Below, piece after piece: positions 36,162 through 45,935 of a DNA stretch of 64,000 bases. Origin of the DNA: Candidatus Saccharimonadales bacterium (GTDB taxonomy: Bacteria > Patescibacteriota > Saccharimonadia > Saccharimonadales > JANWIN01); the NCBI GenBank assembly GCA_038231155.1, contig JBBRLY010000012.1:128645-192644 (forward strand). Reading direction: 5' to 3'. The notes beneath the pieces are model-generated. The model saw only the letters and a program-made list of their open reading frames with translations, was not told the origin of the DNA and searched no databases. How positions within the stretch are numbered: position 1 is the stretch's first letter; each line of letters begins with the position of its first letter. A program made the translations under genes and the position numbers.

Positions 36162-38816
36162 ATGGTTCAACAGGGACGCAAACGACTGGCAATTATTGAT
36201 GGTAAGTCAGTATTTTACCGTGGCTACTATGCGATGCCCAATCTAAGTACCAAAGATGGTATCCCAACCGGCGGGGTCTACGGCTTTGCGGTAATGGCAC
36301 TGGAAGTAATTAAACGGCTTAAACCAGATTATGTAGCTGTAGCTTGGGATAAACCCAAAACTAATATCCGAGCCAGGCTAAAAATCTATCCGGAATATAA
36401 GGCTGGCCGTAAACCAGCACCACCAGATTTTCATGCCCAAATACCAGTCTTACATGAACTTTTGAAAGCCTTTGGTTGGCCGCTTTATGAACTAGACGAC
36501 TTTGAAGCCGACGACATAATGGGCACACTAGCCGTACAAGCTCAGTCAAAAGACGTTGACACCATGCTTATAACTTCAGATCTAGATATGCTACAACTTA
36601 TTAATGACAATGTGCACGTTTACGCTTTAAAAACTGGACTATCCAATATTGAGCTATATAGTCCCAAAAGCTTTGAGGCCAAGTATGGAATATTCGTACA
36701 TCAATTTTTAGATCTTAAATCTTTAAAAGGCGATAGCTCAGATAATATCCCAGGAGTTCCGGGAATAGGTGAGAAGGGTGCTATCGAACTACTTAAGCAG
36801 TTTAAAACTTTAGACGGTGTATATGAAAATCTAGACCTTATTAAAGAAAATTTGCGCAAGAAACTGGAGGCCGGCAAAGAACTAGCCTACTTGAGTAAAA
36901 AATTAGCATCAATTTGGACAGATGCGCCACTAAAGCTTAATTTTAAAGAGGTAGACGGTACCAAATGCGATCCTATAGAGCTACAAAAATTAATGCAAAA
37001 ACTAGAATTTAGAACACTTGCCAGGCAACTACCAGAAATAATGACAGTACCAGAACTTACCATCGACAGGCAACTTACTTCGAGTGGTAGCTCCGGAAAC
37101 TTAACTATAGGTAAGAATACAGTTATTGATACTAGCGATAAGCTACAAGCTATCGATCTAACTAAATCCAAAGAAATTATTGTACATTCCCGGTCAGCCG
37201 GTAAACATGGTCGCGATCCCCAGCTGCTAATACTAAGTCCCGATGTTAAAACCACCTTCGTCTTGGATTTAACTAAACTTAGTCCAAGTTCCGTCAAAAC
37301 TAAGTTATTTGGTCTTGGTGCAGTAATTGGGTACGATCTTAAATCATATCTTAAAGTACTGCTTGGTATTGGCAGTCAATTACCAGAAATAAGCCATGAC
37401 GTGCAAATTGGAGCCTTTCTACTAAATCCACTTCAGCGCGATCAATCACTAAGTGGTCTGGCTCAAACTGCTATAGATTATGGCGGATCACCATTTGAAG
37501 ACTTGACAACAGTGGAACTAGCCAACCGAGCAGCTGAAGTCTCTGCCGTTATTAGAGCCCTTTATAAAAGTCAAAAAGCTGAGCTAGTTAAAAGTCCTAA
37601 ACTTAACAACCTAGCTCAAACTATAGAGTGGCCAATAATCCCAGTCCTAGCCAAAATGGAATACCAAGGCATTGAACTAGATACTAAACACTTAGAAGCA
37701 ATGGCAACTCAAGTTGATGACATGATTTCAGACTTACAACAACAAATTTATGGCCACGCTGACCATGAATTTAACATTTCTAGTCCAGCCCAACTAGCTG
37801 AAGTTTTATTTGACAAGTTAAACCTACCGAAAGAAGGAATTAAAAAGGGTAAAACCGGTTATAGTACGGCAGCCAGCGAGCTAGATAAACTACGATCTAC
37901 TCACCCGATTATTGACTTAATTACCCATTACCGCGAAGTTACTAAACTAAAAAACACCTATATTGATACTTTACCAGGGCAAGTCGATGAAAACTCCCGT
38001 CTGCACACAACCTACGCTCTGACTGTAGCCCAAACAGGTCGATTAAGCAGTAATGATCCTAATTTGCAGAATATTCCAGTACGAACAGAACTAGGTAAAG
38101 AAATCCGTACGGCCTTTATTGCCGGACCCCAAAAAGTATTAGTCGGTGCCGATTATAGTCAGTTTGAACTTAGGTTAGCGGCTTATCTATGCGGAGATAA
38201 AGACTTAATAGAGCAGTTTAATAAGGATATTGACGTTCATACAGCTACAGCCGCCCTAGTTTATGAGCGCGAGCCTGAGGATGTCACCAAAAATATGCGT
38301 AGAGCAGCTAAGGCTGTGAACTTTGGCATCATGTACGGCCAAGGACCACATGGACTGGTTCAAACCACTGGTATGAGCTATGAACAAGCTAAACACTTTA
38401 TCGATCGTTACTTTGAAGTTCGTCCCAAACTACTTAAATACATAGAGTCTATTCGCCAACAGGCTAGGGACAAAGGCTATGTCGAAACCTTATTCGGTCG
38501 CAGGAGACCTACTCCGGACATTCATTCCTCTAACTTTGTAGTTCGCGAAGCTGCCATGCGAGCAGCTGTAAACATGCCTTTTCAAGGCACCGCTGCCGAT
38601 ATTATGAAAATGGCCATGATTCACGTTGATAAAAAACTAGCCGGCACTGATTGTAAGATGCTACTACAAATTCATGACTCAATATTAGTAGAATGCCCCG
38701 CTAGTAGTGGTGAAAAAACTGCCAAATTACTTAAAGAGACAATGGAGAACGTAGTCAAACTACCTGTTAAGCTAACAGTAGATACTGACATTGGCAAAAA
38801 CTGGGGCGAGTTATAA
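36162..38816 (+). CDS. polA: DNA polymerase I
   Basis: 5'-nuclease domain: LAIIDGKSVFYRGYYA, LITSDLDMLQL, GDSSDNIPGVPGIGEKGA. Polymerase motifs: RLHTTYALTVAQTGRLSSNDPNLQNIP, DYSQFELRLAA, RRAAKAVNFGIMYG, QIHDSILVE. Confidence 0.97.
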   Translation: MVQQGRKRLAIIDGKSVFYRGYYAMPNLSTKDGIPTGGVYGFAVMALEVIKRLKPDYVAVAWDKPKTNIRARLKIYPEYKAGRKPAPPDFHAQIPVLHELLKAFGWPLYELDDFEADDIMGTLAVQAQSKDVDTMLITSDLDMLQLINDNVHVYALKTGLSNIELYSPKSFEAKYGIFVHQFLDLKSLKGDSSDNIPGVPGIGEKGAIELLKQFKTLDGVYENLDLIKENLRKKLEAGKELAYLSKKLASIWTDAPLKLNFKEVDGTKCDPIELQKLMQKLEFRTLARQLPEIMTVPELTIDRQLTSSGSSGNLTIGKNTVIDTSDKLQAIDLTKSKEIIVHSRSAGKHGRDPQLLILSPDVKTTFVLDLTKLSPSSVKTKLFGLGAVIGYDLKSYLKVLLGIGSQLPEISHDVQIGAFLLNPLQRDQSLSGLAQTAIDYGGSPFEDLTTVELANRAAEVSAVIRALYKSQKAELVKSPKLNNLAQTIEWPIIPVLAKMEYQGIELDTKHLEAMATQVDDMISDLQQQIYGHADHEFNISSPAQLAEVLFDKLNLPKEGIKKGKTGYSTAASELDKLRSTHPIIDLITHYREVTKLKNTYIDTLPGQVDENSRLHTTYALTVAQTGRLSSNDPNLQNIPVRTELGKEIRTAFIAGPQKVLVGADYSQFELRLAAYLCGDKDLIEQFNKDIDVHTATAALVYEREPEDVTKNMRRAAKAVNFGIMYGQGPHGLVQTTGMSYEQAKHFIDRYFEVRPKLLKYIESIRQQARDKGYVETLFGRRRPTPDIHSSNFVVREAAMRAAVNMPFQGTAADIMKMAMIHVDKKLAGTDCKMLLQIHDSILVECPASSGEKTAKLLKETMENVVKLPVKLTVDTDIGKNWGEL

Positions 38817-38826
38817 TAAGTATCTC

Positions 38827-39267
38827 TTACTTTACGTTCTTGTAGGGTAGATTGTGTAATTTAATACGGGACTTTAGCTGTTCGAATTCTCGATCTTTGT
38901 GTATTAATTTGGCGTCCAATCTTTCCGTCGTCGCAGCAATCCAGGCTTCGGCCATCGATAGTTGACAAGTAGCCTTTATGTCCGCAGCTATTAGACCAAG
39001 TTCTTCATCGCTCTCTATAACCATCAGAGGTAATTGCTTAAGACCAGCATAACTTAGCCTAGCTTTTTCAACCCCAGCTTGTTGCTGAATAATGTAGAAG
39101 AATTCCATAAGGGAAATGAAACAAATCCAAACTCTCTGACCTTCACCACTTTGGGCAAGCACAGTTTCAACTTCTTCTGCACCTGGCTCATCCTGGTGTA
39201 ATGTAAGTAAAGCTGAAGTGTCGAGTACAAAAAGCCCAACACTACTTGACGAACCGCTAGGCATCAA
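38827..39267 (-). CDS. vapC: PIN-domain toxin
   Basis: FVLDTSALLTL, the SLMEF region and a C-terminal LIHKDREFEQL fit a PIN fold. It overlaps the upstream antitoxin gene by 11 nt. Confidence 0.7.
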   Translation of the reverse strand: MMPSGSSSSVGLFVLDTSALLTLHQDEPGAEEVETVLAQSGEGQRVWICFISLMEFFYIIQQQAGVEKARLSYAGLKQLPLMVIESDEELGLIAADIKATCQLSMAEAWIAATTERLDAKLIHKDREFEQLKSRIKLHNLPYKNVK

Positions 39268-39475
39268 TCTGACGAGCTTTCAATAAGGCACTACTAAGAC
39301 CACTCGCGGGGCTAGAGCCACGGAATGACTTAATTGCATCTCTTGAGATAGGTACCACATAGATTATTTGACCATCAGCTACCCATTGTAATTGTTGTCC
39401 CGATTTAAGTCCGAATCGACGACGAACTTGAGCAGGTACTGCTGTTTGACCTCGTTCACTAATGATAGTTTTCAT
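39257..39475 (-). CDS. vapB: AbrB/SpoVT/MazE-type antitoxin
   Basis: MKTIISERGQTAVPAQVRRRFGLKSGQQLQW matches the swapped-hairpin barrel motif. I use the Met at 39475 because the longer track ORF adds a non-conserved hydrophobic leader. Confidence 0.7.
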   Translation of the reverse strand: MKTIISERGQTAVPAQVRRRFGLKSGQQLQWVADGQIIYVVPISRDAIKSFRGSSPASGLSSALLKARQIDA

Positions 39476-39578
39476 GCCGTTATTATACATGGCAGAATTC
39501 AACAATACAAGTAAAATATAGCATTTGACATGTAAATAATCCTTCATTGAACTGCCAGTTTAAGGATGGTTTGAGCCA

Positions 39579-40196
39579 GTGAGTGAGAGGCAAAGAATAG
39601 AAGTTAACGATGATGTCCGATGTTATTATTATGATATGAAATTATTAGCGGCTACCGAGTTTGGTAATCCTTTACTGCGTAAAAAAGCTCGTAAACTTAG
39701 CATTTCAGAGATAAAATCAGCAAACATCCAGAACTTGATTAAAAACATGCGATACACACTGATGTCTAAAAAAATGGGTGTTGGTATAGCTGCACCCCAA
39801 GTTGGCAAAAGTATTTCCTTGGCAGTCATAGCTATTCACCCAACCGCTCATCGTCCTAAAGTCAAAGCATTTGACCAGGTAATAATAAATCCTAAAATCC
39901 AAGCTAAAAGTAGCCTAAAACCTAGATGGGAAGGATGTTTAAGTGCCGGTAAAATACCTCTGTTTGCCAAAGTACCACGCTTCACCAAAATTACACTTAA
40001 ATATCTTGATGAGAATGGTCTTGAACAAACAAAACCGTTTAGAGGATTACCAGCCCAAGTTATTCAACACGAGATAGATCACTTAAATGGGGTATTGTTT
40101 GTTGATAGAGTTAAAGACACTAAAACTTACATGACCTTGGCTGAATATAAGAAACGAGTTGTGGCCAATCGCAAAAAAATTAAGTCAACAATTTAA
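39579..40196 (+). CDS. def: Peptide deformylase
   Basis: GVGIAAPQVG, EGCLS and QHEIDHLNG are PDF motifs 1-3. The true start may be the ATG at 39636 (MKLLAATEFGNPLLR). Confidence 0.92.
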   Translation: MSERQRIEVNDDVRCYYYDMKLLAATEFGNPLLRKKARKLSISEIKSANIQNLIKNMRYTLMSKKMGVGIAAPQVGKSISLAVIAIHPTAHRPKVKAFDQVIINPKIQAKSSLKPRWEGCLSAGKIPLFAKVPRFTKITLKYLDENGLEQTKPFRGLPAQVIQHEIDHLNGVLFVDRVKDTKTYMTLAEYKKRVVANRKKIKSTI

Positions 40197-40215
40197 ACCC
40201 ACAAAGATCTTATGC

Positions 40216-40244
40216 TTGCAATTACTAAAATTACTAAATATAAC
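40216..40244 (+). promoter_or_regulatory. Putative promoter (TTGCAA-17-TATAAC) sharing the TTATGCTTGCA motif
   Basis: TTATGCTTGCA lies at 40210-40220. A tandem ATTACTAAA x2 (40221-40238) fills the spacer. The ATG at 40251 is 6 nt after the -10. Confidence 0.4.
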
Positions 40245-40250
40245 TAACTT

Positions 40251-40922
40251 ATGCCAGTATTAGATTCCGCAGATGTGCTGCCTAAATACGAAGTTGATCC
40301 AGAGCAAATTTTTGATGCTTTGAATAATCCCGATTGCGGATTGGCATATGTAGCAATGCCCAAAGGCGTTAATCCCCAAGGTATGGTTGAGCACTATGCG
40401 GATTTGAGAAGACACAATCGTACCAACGAAAACACCTATTATTATGAATACGAGTATAGTCCGGATTATTATCCAACTATTTCTGATGAGCAAACCAGTA
40501 GGGCTATGGCCCAAGAGTTTCGTATAGTTTACGAAGCAATACGGGGCTACATAGATAATTTATTATTACCAAGAATTAAGGGGATAGATAACCTAAATCG
40601 TATTGCTGGTGGACAAATTCAAGTTCAAACTTTCAATAACCATAGAGGCTTACAAAAGATTCATACTGATCATGAAGCTCTAACTACCTATTTAGGGTCA
40701 TCCCAGCCAGGTCATATGGAAAAATTTCCCAATGAGGGATGGGTGCATGTCAATAAATTAGAACCGGGCTACGTACTATTATCTCGCCAAAGGCGATGGG
40801 GGCGAGAGGGCACTAATTTAAGGCAGTTAAAGGGAATTAGTCATTACGCAGATTGGCATAGTGAGGACATCAGTTCTGAAAGAGTTACAGGGATAGATTT
40901 TATTAGTTGGGTACCCAGATAG
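40251..40922 (+). CDS. Hypothetical protein (possible HxD...H metal site)
   Basis: 223 aa. IHTDHEA ... ISHYADWH is faintly reminiscent of cupin/2OG-oxygenase ligands. Not supported further. Confidence 0.4.
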   Translation: MPVLDSADVLPKYEVDPEQIFDALNNPDCGLAYVAMPKGVNPQGMVEHYADLRRHNRTNENTYYYEYEYSPDYYPTISDEQTSRAMAQEFRIVYEAIRGYIDNLLLPRIKGIDNLNRIAGGQIQVQTFNNHRGLQKIHTDHEALTTYLGSSQPGHMEKFPNEGWVHVNKLEPGYVLLSRQRRWGREGTNLRQLKGISHYADWHSEDISSERVTGIDFISWVPR

Positions 40923-40950
40923 ACAATTATCTTGTTAGTATTATATCGAT

Positions 40951-41241
40951 ATGAATAAATTATTTTTAGCTACATCATTCTCCACCCGAGTAGATCTAAA
41001 GAGCGGTAAGGTTAATACTAAGTTTAAGGAACAAATCGAAACTACAATTCAAGAATTAGAAAATGCCGGTTTTGATATTTATTGTGCTGTTGAGCGTGAG
41101 GGTTGGACTATTTCTTATGAGACTCAGGAAGTTGGCGTGCATAATGATTTATCCGAAATAGATAAAGCTGACGCCGAATTTGATGGTGAGATTCGTCTTT
41201 CTGAGGAACACAATGCTTATAAATGGGCCAATCAAAAATAA
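40951..41241 (+). CDS. Short ORF, possibly a truncated or chimeric remnant
   Basis: The N-terminal 70 aa (KLFLATSFSTRV...ELENAGFDIYCAVEREGW) look like the start of a nucleoside 2-deoxyribosyltransferase-like Rossmann protein. The ORF ends early in an unrelated tail (LSEEHNAYKWANQK). Confidence 0.3.
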   Translation: MNKLFLATSFSTRVDLKSGKVNTKFKEQIETTIQELENAGFDIYCAVEREGWTISYETQEVGVHNDLSEIDKADAEFDGEIRLSEEHNAYKWANQK

Positions 41242-41299
41242 GCCTATAAGCTGGTTTACGAAGTCAATAAACAAGCCGTTTTAAAGACCTTTGCTTAAT

Positions 41300-41860
41300 T
41301 CATTTAACTAAGGGAACAAAAATAAAACTGGGATGTTCTTTGGTTTTTAACTTACCGCGGGCTAACTTTGTAACTTCTTGAATAATACCGTTTACTGGCA
41401 CCACAATTTTGCCGCCGACCTTTAACTGATTTAATAGTTCCTTAGGAAATTCATTAGCATTAGCACTGACTAATATGCGATCAAAAGGGGCGTGTGCCAG
41501 TAGACCGATATCATCGCTAGCTAAAAAGAACTCCGTATTAAATACATTGGCAGCTTGGCAATTCCTGCGACCAAACTCCAATAACTCCGGTATACGCTCC
41601 ACACCGTAAACTGTACCCAATTTACCGACAATGTGACCGAGTAGGGCGGTTGTCCAGCCACTGCCGCTACCTAAATCTAAAACTTTTTGACCATGTTTGG
41701 CGTCCAGCCACTCTAACATTAAACGTACAGTGGTAGGCTGAGAATTTGTTTGGCCATAACCGATTGACAGCGGCATATCCAGTTGAGCCATAGACCGCAG
41801 CATTTTGGGTACAAAGTGTAGGCGTTTTACGTCATAAAATGCTTGGGTAATTGTACTCAT
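41300..41860 (-). CDS. pcm: Protein-L-isoaspartate O-methyltransferase
   Basis: VLDLGSGSGWTTALLGHIV, VYGVERIPEL, FDRILVSANANEFPKELLNQLKVGGKIVVPV. The start is set at MSTITQAF (41860). The longer track ORF would overlap the divergent neighbour. Confidence 0.85.
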   Translation of the reverse strand: MSTITQAFYDVKRLHFVPKMLRSMAQLDMPLSIGYGQTNSQPTTVRLMLEWLDAKHGQKVLDLGSGSGWTTALLGHIVGKLGTVYGVERIPELLEFGRRNCQAANVFNTEFFLASDDIGLLAHAPFDRILVSANANEFPKELLNQLKVGGKIVVPVNGIIQEVTKLARGKLKTKEHPSFIFVPLVK

Positions 41861-41960
41861 ACCACTTATATTATAAACCTGCAGTAAAGACACTGCTACC
41901 CCAGTCTTATTGCCAAACTGTCGCAATGGTGTTATTATATAATTGTTTAGAGAGTATATT

Positions 41961-42509
41961 ATGAGAGCTGCTGCAACATTTTTAGTCATAGTCTTATTGG
42001 TGTTTTTAACGATTATTATTTTTAGACATTCTCCCTCAAGTACCCAAAAAGGCACTACCTCCAAGGTTTTAGCCGATTACTCAGACAGCGATGCCCGAGT
42101 AGAACTGACTATTGCTGGACGTTTACAAGGCGATGATGTCCGCCGATCGATTACGATTGCCGTAGATCGTTACGCCCGAATGATTAGCATATTTCAAGGT
42201 TACCAAGGCAATATTTTAAAATCTGAAAGCTTTGTTAATAACCAAGACGCTTACCGGGCTTTTTTAGCAGCTATGAGTAATGAAGGCTTTAGCTTAAAGC
42301 GCAATCTAAAAAACCCTAAAGAAGACGGCACCTGTCCTTTAGGACTTCATTATAACTATGATTTTATAAGCAACGATGGACATGATTCACATTTATGGTC
42401 CAGTTCCTGTAGCGCTGGGACAATGGCCGGCCAAAGAGGCATTATTCAAACCCTATTTAGATCACAAATTACCGATTACGATAGATTTACGTCTGACGTC
42501 CAACTATAG
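41961..42509 (+). CDS. Membrane-anchored hypothetical protein
   Basis: MRAAATFLVIVLLVFLTIIIF anchor followed by a soluble domain with 4 Cys. I recognise no motif. Confidence 0.45.
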   Translation: MRAAATFLVIVLLVFLTIIIFRHSPSSTQKGTTSKVLADYSDSDARVELTIAGRLQGDDVRRSITIAVDRYARMISIFQGYQGNILKSESFVNNQDAYRAFLAAMSNEGFSLKRNLKNPKEDGTCPLGLHYNYDFISNDGHDSHLWSSSCSAGTMAGQRGIIQTLFRSQITDYDRFTSDVQL

Positions 42510-42529
42510 TTAGCTGATATAGTAGCCTC

Positions 42530-43093
42530 ATGATCAAAGCCGTTATTTTTGATTATTTTGGAGTGATTTGTTCAGATGAATATTGGAAGTTGGTTAAAGA
42601 AGATAAAAATATTCAAGGTGGCTTTCATGAGCTATCTAATGCCGTAAATAAAGGCGAAGTGCGCTGGGAGGCCTTTATTGATAAAGTTGCCACTAAAACC
42701 GGCAAAGATCCCCAGGAAATTCAAAACTTGTACGACAGTGAACAACTTAATCCAGAGATCCTGGCTCTGGTTGCCAAGCTTCGTAAAACTTATAAAACCG
42801 GACTGCTAAGCAATGCCCACTACGAATTTTTAGAACCAGTAATTGCCAAAACTCATCTAAATGAACTATTTGATACGATTGTCATATCCTCTGAAGTAGG
42901 TATGATTAAACCGCAACCGGAAATTTATCAGTACATAGTTAAACAATTAGGAGTTAAACCATCTGAAACCGTCCATATAGACGATATAGTCCGCCATGTG
43001 GAAGGTGCTAAACGAGCTGGCCTGCAAGCAATTTTATATAAAAACTTTAAGCAAATGAAAAGCGAACTGCAAGAAATTCTAGCCAAAGGTTGA
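42530..43093 (+). CDS. HAD-superfamily hydrolase
   Basis: AVIFDYFGV (motif I variant), GLLSNA (motif II), HIDDIVRHVEGAKRAG (motif III/IV). Confidence 0.8.
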   Translation: MIKAVIFDYFGVICSDEYWKLVKEDKNIQGGFHELSNAVNKGEVRWEAFIDKVATKTGKDPQEIQNLYDSEQLNPEILALVAKLRKTYKTGLLSNAHYEFLEPVIAKTHLNELFDTIVISSEVGMIKPQPEIYQYIVKQLGVKPSETVHIDDIVRHVEGAKRAGLQAILYKNFKQMKSELQEILAKG

Positions 43094-43144
43094 CGCTAAG
43101 GTTTATAATAAAAGCTAGAATTTAAAGATAAAAAGGAACAAATA

Positions 43145-43354
43145 ATGGCCATTATTGAAAGTGAATATGGTTTGACACATGAAATAGATTTTGGAGCTAT
43201 GGCCTTTTTTGGAACAGAGGCCCTGGAATCAGATATTCGGACTGAAGAAAGAGGCGAAACTCCGGAAATAATTCATATGGATATTGGCCGGAGAGTTGTC
43301 GAACGAACCGCAGGTGCTTCAGATACCAATCCTGATAACTATTTTTTTAGCTGA
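43145..43354 (+). CDS. Small acidic hypothetical protein
   Basis: 69-aa ORF with an AAAGGA Shine-Dalgarno sequence. Confidence 0.35.
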   Translation: MAIIESEYGLTHEIDFGAMAFFGTEALESDIRTEERGETPEIIHMDIGRRVVERTAGASDTNPDNYFFS

Positions 43355-43558
43355 TTTAACCAACTTTTGTAAGTCGTAAATATGTAATCGCAGGGCAGCT
43401 GCTGCTGAAGCGTTAGGGGCATGAATAGTTATTTGCTTGGGATGAATACTAATCGCTACAGGCTCATCAAATTTCTGAAGTACATAGTCTTTGATAACTT
43501 TTATTTCGTCAGGTTCATCCCATTTATCTGCCAAAATATCAGTTAAAGACTTTGTCAC
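43319..43558 (-). CDS. Small hypothetical protein (DUF721/DciA-like?)
   Basis: 79 aa. PKQITIHAPNASAAAALRLHIYDL resembles the DUF721 pattern (L.v.v.s..wa.eL). Weak. Confidence 0.3.
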   Translation of the reverse strand: MTKSLTDILADKWDEPDEIKVIKDYVLQKFDEPVAISIHPKQITIHAPNASAAAALRLHIYDLQKLVKSAKKIVIRIGI

Positions 43559-43627
43559 TTACTTATTATATCCTTAACTTTGGTAATGCTTATGTATAGC
43601 CATAATTATGATGATAGTCTAAACTAA

Positions 43628-44092
43628 ATGGATAATTTTTTTGAAAATTCCGAGATTTTAACTAACAGTGGTGTGGTGGCATTATCGGATTACCACGGTC
43701 GCAGCCTGGATGTTACAAATTTAGATCGCCAGACCGCCCTATATATAGCTCTACGTCTAACACTTGAACTTGATGCTATGTATCAAGAAATAGACGAAAA
43801 CTACCCCGGTATGTTTCTAGACGGGAAACCTTGGGATTTTAAAGAAGTCCAAGAACTTTCCAATTTGACTGATCTAAAAACGGAAGGAGCCGATATTTTT
43901 GGTGAAGTAAGACCAGCCAACGGGTATTGTGCAGTCTTAGTACAGCCGTGGGGAGATTGTTATCGCTTACTGGCCAATAATGCAAATGATTTTTCAGATG
44001 ATCCTGAACCTGATGCTGGAAGATTTTTACAAGCTGGCTTCATAGCAGTTTTAGATAGTATCGACTTGGGCAATCGTGAAACCTGGTATTAG
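43628..44092 (+). CDS. Acidic hypothetical protein
   Basis: 154-aa ORF. I recognise no motif. Confidence 0.45.
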   Translation: MDNFFENSEILTNSGVVALSDYHGRSLDVTNLDRQTALYIALRLTLELDAMYQEIDENYPGMFLDGKPWDFKEVQELSNLTDLKTEGADIFGEVRPANGYCAVLVQPWGDCYRLLANNANDFSDDPEPDAGRFLQAGFIAVLDSIDLGNRETWY

Positions 44093-44115
44093 TTAATTGA
44101 TATAATTGGGGTACT

Positions 44116-45018
44116 ATGCCGGAGTTACCAGAGGTTGAGACCATTAGATTAGGCTTAACTAAAATTATCCCTGGAAACAGAATTACCGGAGTTACTTATG
44201 ACTTCGAAAAATCTTTTCCCAACGCTAAAAGCGATGTCGACGAATTCTTACTTGGTTCTCAAATTAAAAATATTAAACGCCGCGGCAAAGCCTTATTAGT
44301 TGAACTCGATACTAACTATAGTCTAGTAATTCACCTTAAAATGACTGGCCAGTTAGTTTATGTCAAAAAATTAACTTTAGCAAAAACCGAAGAAAGATTT
44401 GGGGCAGGGCATCCTTCCAAAAGCTTAATTGGACAATTGCCAGACAAATCGACCAGGGTAATATTTGAATTAAATGGCAGTGATAATTTGTTTTTTAACG
44501 ATCAGCGTAAATTCGGCTGGGTTAGACTATTGCCTACAGCTGAAGTGCCAAACATCGATTTTTTCAAAACAATTGGCCCCGAACCACTCGGCAATGAGTT
44601 TACAGCTAGCGATTTTGCCACCAGGCTAAATCGGCGACCCAACAGTTCCGTAAAAGCTGTCATTTTAGACCAAACGATAATAGCCGGAGTTGGCAATATC
44701 TACTCCGATGAAAGTCTTTGGGCAGCTAAGATTCACCCAGCAACTTTAGTCAAAAATTTGTCCGAGCCCAAGATAAGTAAATTGTTTAATGAACTACGCA
44801 AAGTTCTAAAATTAAGTATTTTACGCGGTGGCTCAACCGATAGGAACTATGTCGACGCCTTGGGCAATCAGGGAAGTTACTTGAGCTTTGCTAAAGTCTT
44901 CCGTCGTCAGGGCCAAGCCTGTCCGCGTTGCGACAGAACTATTGAAAAAATACGTGTAGCTGGTCGGGGCACACATATATGTCCACACTGTCAAAAACTT
45001 GTCAAAGATAAATCATGA
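44116..45018 (+). CDS. mutM: Formamidopyrimidine-DNA glycosylase
   Basis: MPELPEVETIR N terminus, an H2TH region (ILDQTIIAGVGNIYSDESLW) and a C-terminal zinc finger CPRC...CPHC. Confidence 0.93.
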   Translation: MPELPEVETIRLGLTKIIPGNRITGVTYDFEKSFPNAKSDVDEFLLGSQIKNIKRRGKALLVELDTNYSLVIHLKMTGQLVYVKKLTLAKTEERFGAGHPSKSLIGQLPDKSTRVIFELNGSDNLFFNDQRKFGWVRLLPTAEVPNIDFFKTIGPEPLGNEFTASDFATRLNRRPNSSVKAVILDQTIIAGVGNIYSDESLWAAKIHPATLVKNLSEPKISKLFNELRKVLKLSILRGGSTDRNYVDALGNQGSYLSFAKVFRRQGQACPRCDRTIEKIRVAGRGTHICPHCQKLVKDKS

Positions 45019-45935
45019 TAATCACTTTGACTGGACCAAATAGCTTTAGGCTTAATAATGAAGTCAAAGATCTTATAAATAAGTATAGAGATAAGTTCGG
45101 AGATTTTGGACTTGAGAAATTAGACGGTGAGGAAGTGCCGTCTGCCAGGATGATAGAAGCCGCTCACAGCTTACCGTTCTTAGCTCCCAAAAAAATGCTA
45201 ATTTTACGAAACCCAAGCTTCCAAAAACAGTTTGCTGAAAGCATTGAGCAGGTTATAAAAGACGTTCCTGGGACTAATGATTTAGTTATTGTAGAACCCA
45301 AAATAGATCGTAGATCCAGCTACTTTAAGCTGTTAAAGACTAAAACTGAGTTCAACGAATACTTAGAACTAGATACTACACAACTGAACAACTGGATTGT
45401 TCAATATATAAAAACTAGTGGCGGTAGCATAAGCTCAACTGATGCAAATTATTTGATTGAAAGAGTCGGTCAAAATCAACTCTTGTTAGCCCAGGAACTA
45501 GATAAATTAGTTATTTATAATCCCAAAATAGCCCGCGATGCTATTGAATCATTAACAGAACGTTCGCCGCAAAGTTCCATTTTTGAACTTTTGGATGCCG
45601 CATTTAGCGGCAACACAGCTAAGGCAATAGAACTATATAACGAACAGCGGGCTCTAAAAGTCGAGCCCCAGCAAATCATTGCCATGATTGCTTGGCAGCT
45701 TCACGTTTTAGCCGTAATTAAGTCATCTGGCCAGCGTAGTATTGAGGAAATCGTTAAGCAGGCTAAGCTTAACCCCTATGTCCTACGTAAATCTGCTAAT
45801 ATTGCTAAAAATATACGTTTAACTGATGTAAAACTGTTGGTTGGACGGGCTTTTAGATTAGACCTGCGTTTAAAAACTCAGAATATTGATGCCAATGATG
45901 CTTTGCAGTACTTCTTACTGACAATTACTTTGTAG
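45015..45935 (+). CDS. holA: DNA polymerase III delta subunit
   Basis: 306 aa with the clamp-loader delta layout (ITLTGPNSF..., LILRNP, LLLAQELDKLVIY, IFELLDA). It overlaps mutM by 4 nt. Confidence 0.75.
   Translation: MIITLTGPNSFRLNNEVKDLINKYRDKFGDFGLEKLDGEEVPSARMIEAAHSLPFLAPKKMLILRNPSFQKQFAESIEQVIKDVPGTNDLVIVEPKIDRRSSYFKLLKTKTEFNEYLELDTTQLNNWIVQYIKTSGGSISSTDANYLIERVGQNQLLLAQELDKLVIYNPKIARDAIESLTERSPQSSIFELLDAAFSGNTAKAIELYNEQRALKVEPQQIIAMIAWQLHVLAVIKSSGQRSIEEIVKQAKLNPYVLRKSANIAKNIRLTDVKLLVGRAFRLDLRLKTQNIDANDALQYFLLTITL

Noticed and set aside
41300-42064. Over-extended track ORFs (pcm 41300..42064, rpsT 45925..46395, rpsO 51671..52030, vapB 39257..39547, antitoxin 1239, hypothetical 48086)
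   Set aside because: The N-terminal extensions are hydrophobic or non-conserved, overlap divergent neighbours or predicted promoters. Canonical family N termini begin at internal Met codons, so I used the shorter coordinates.
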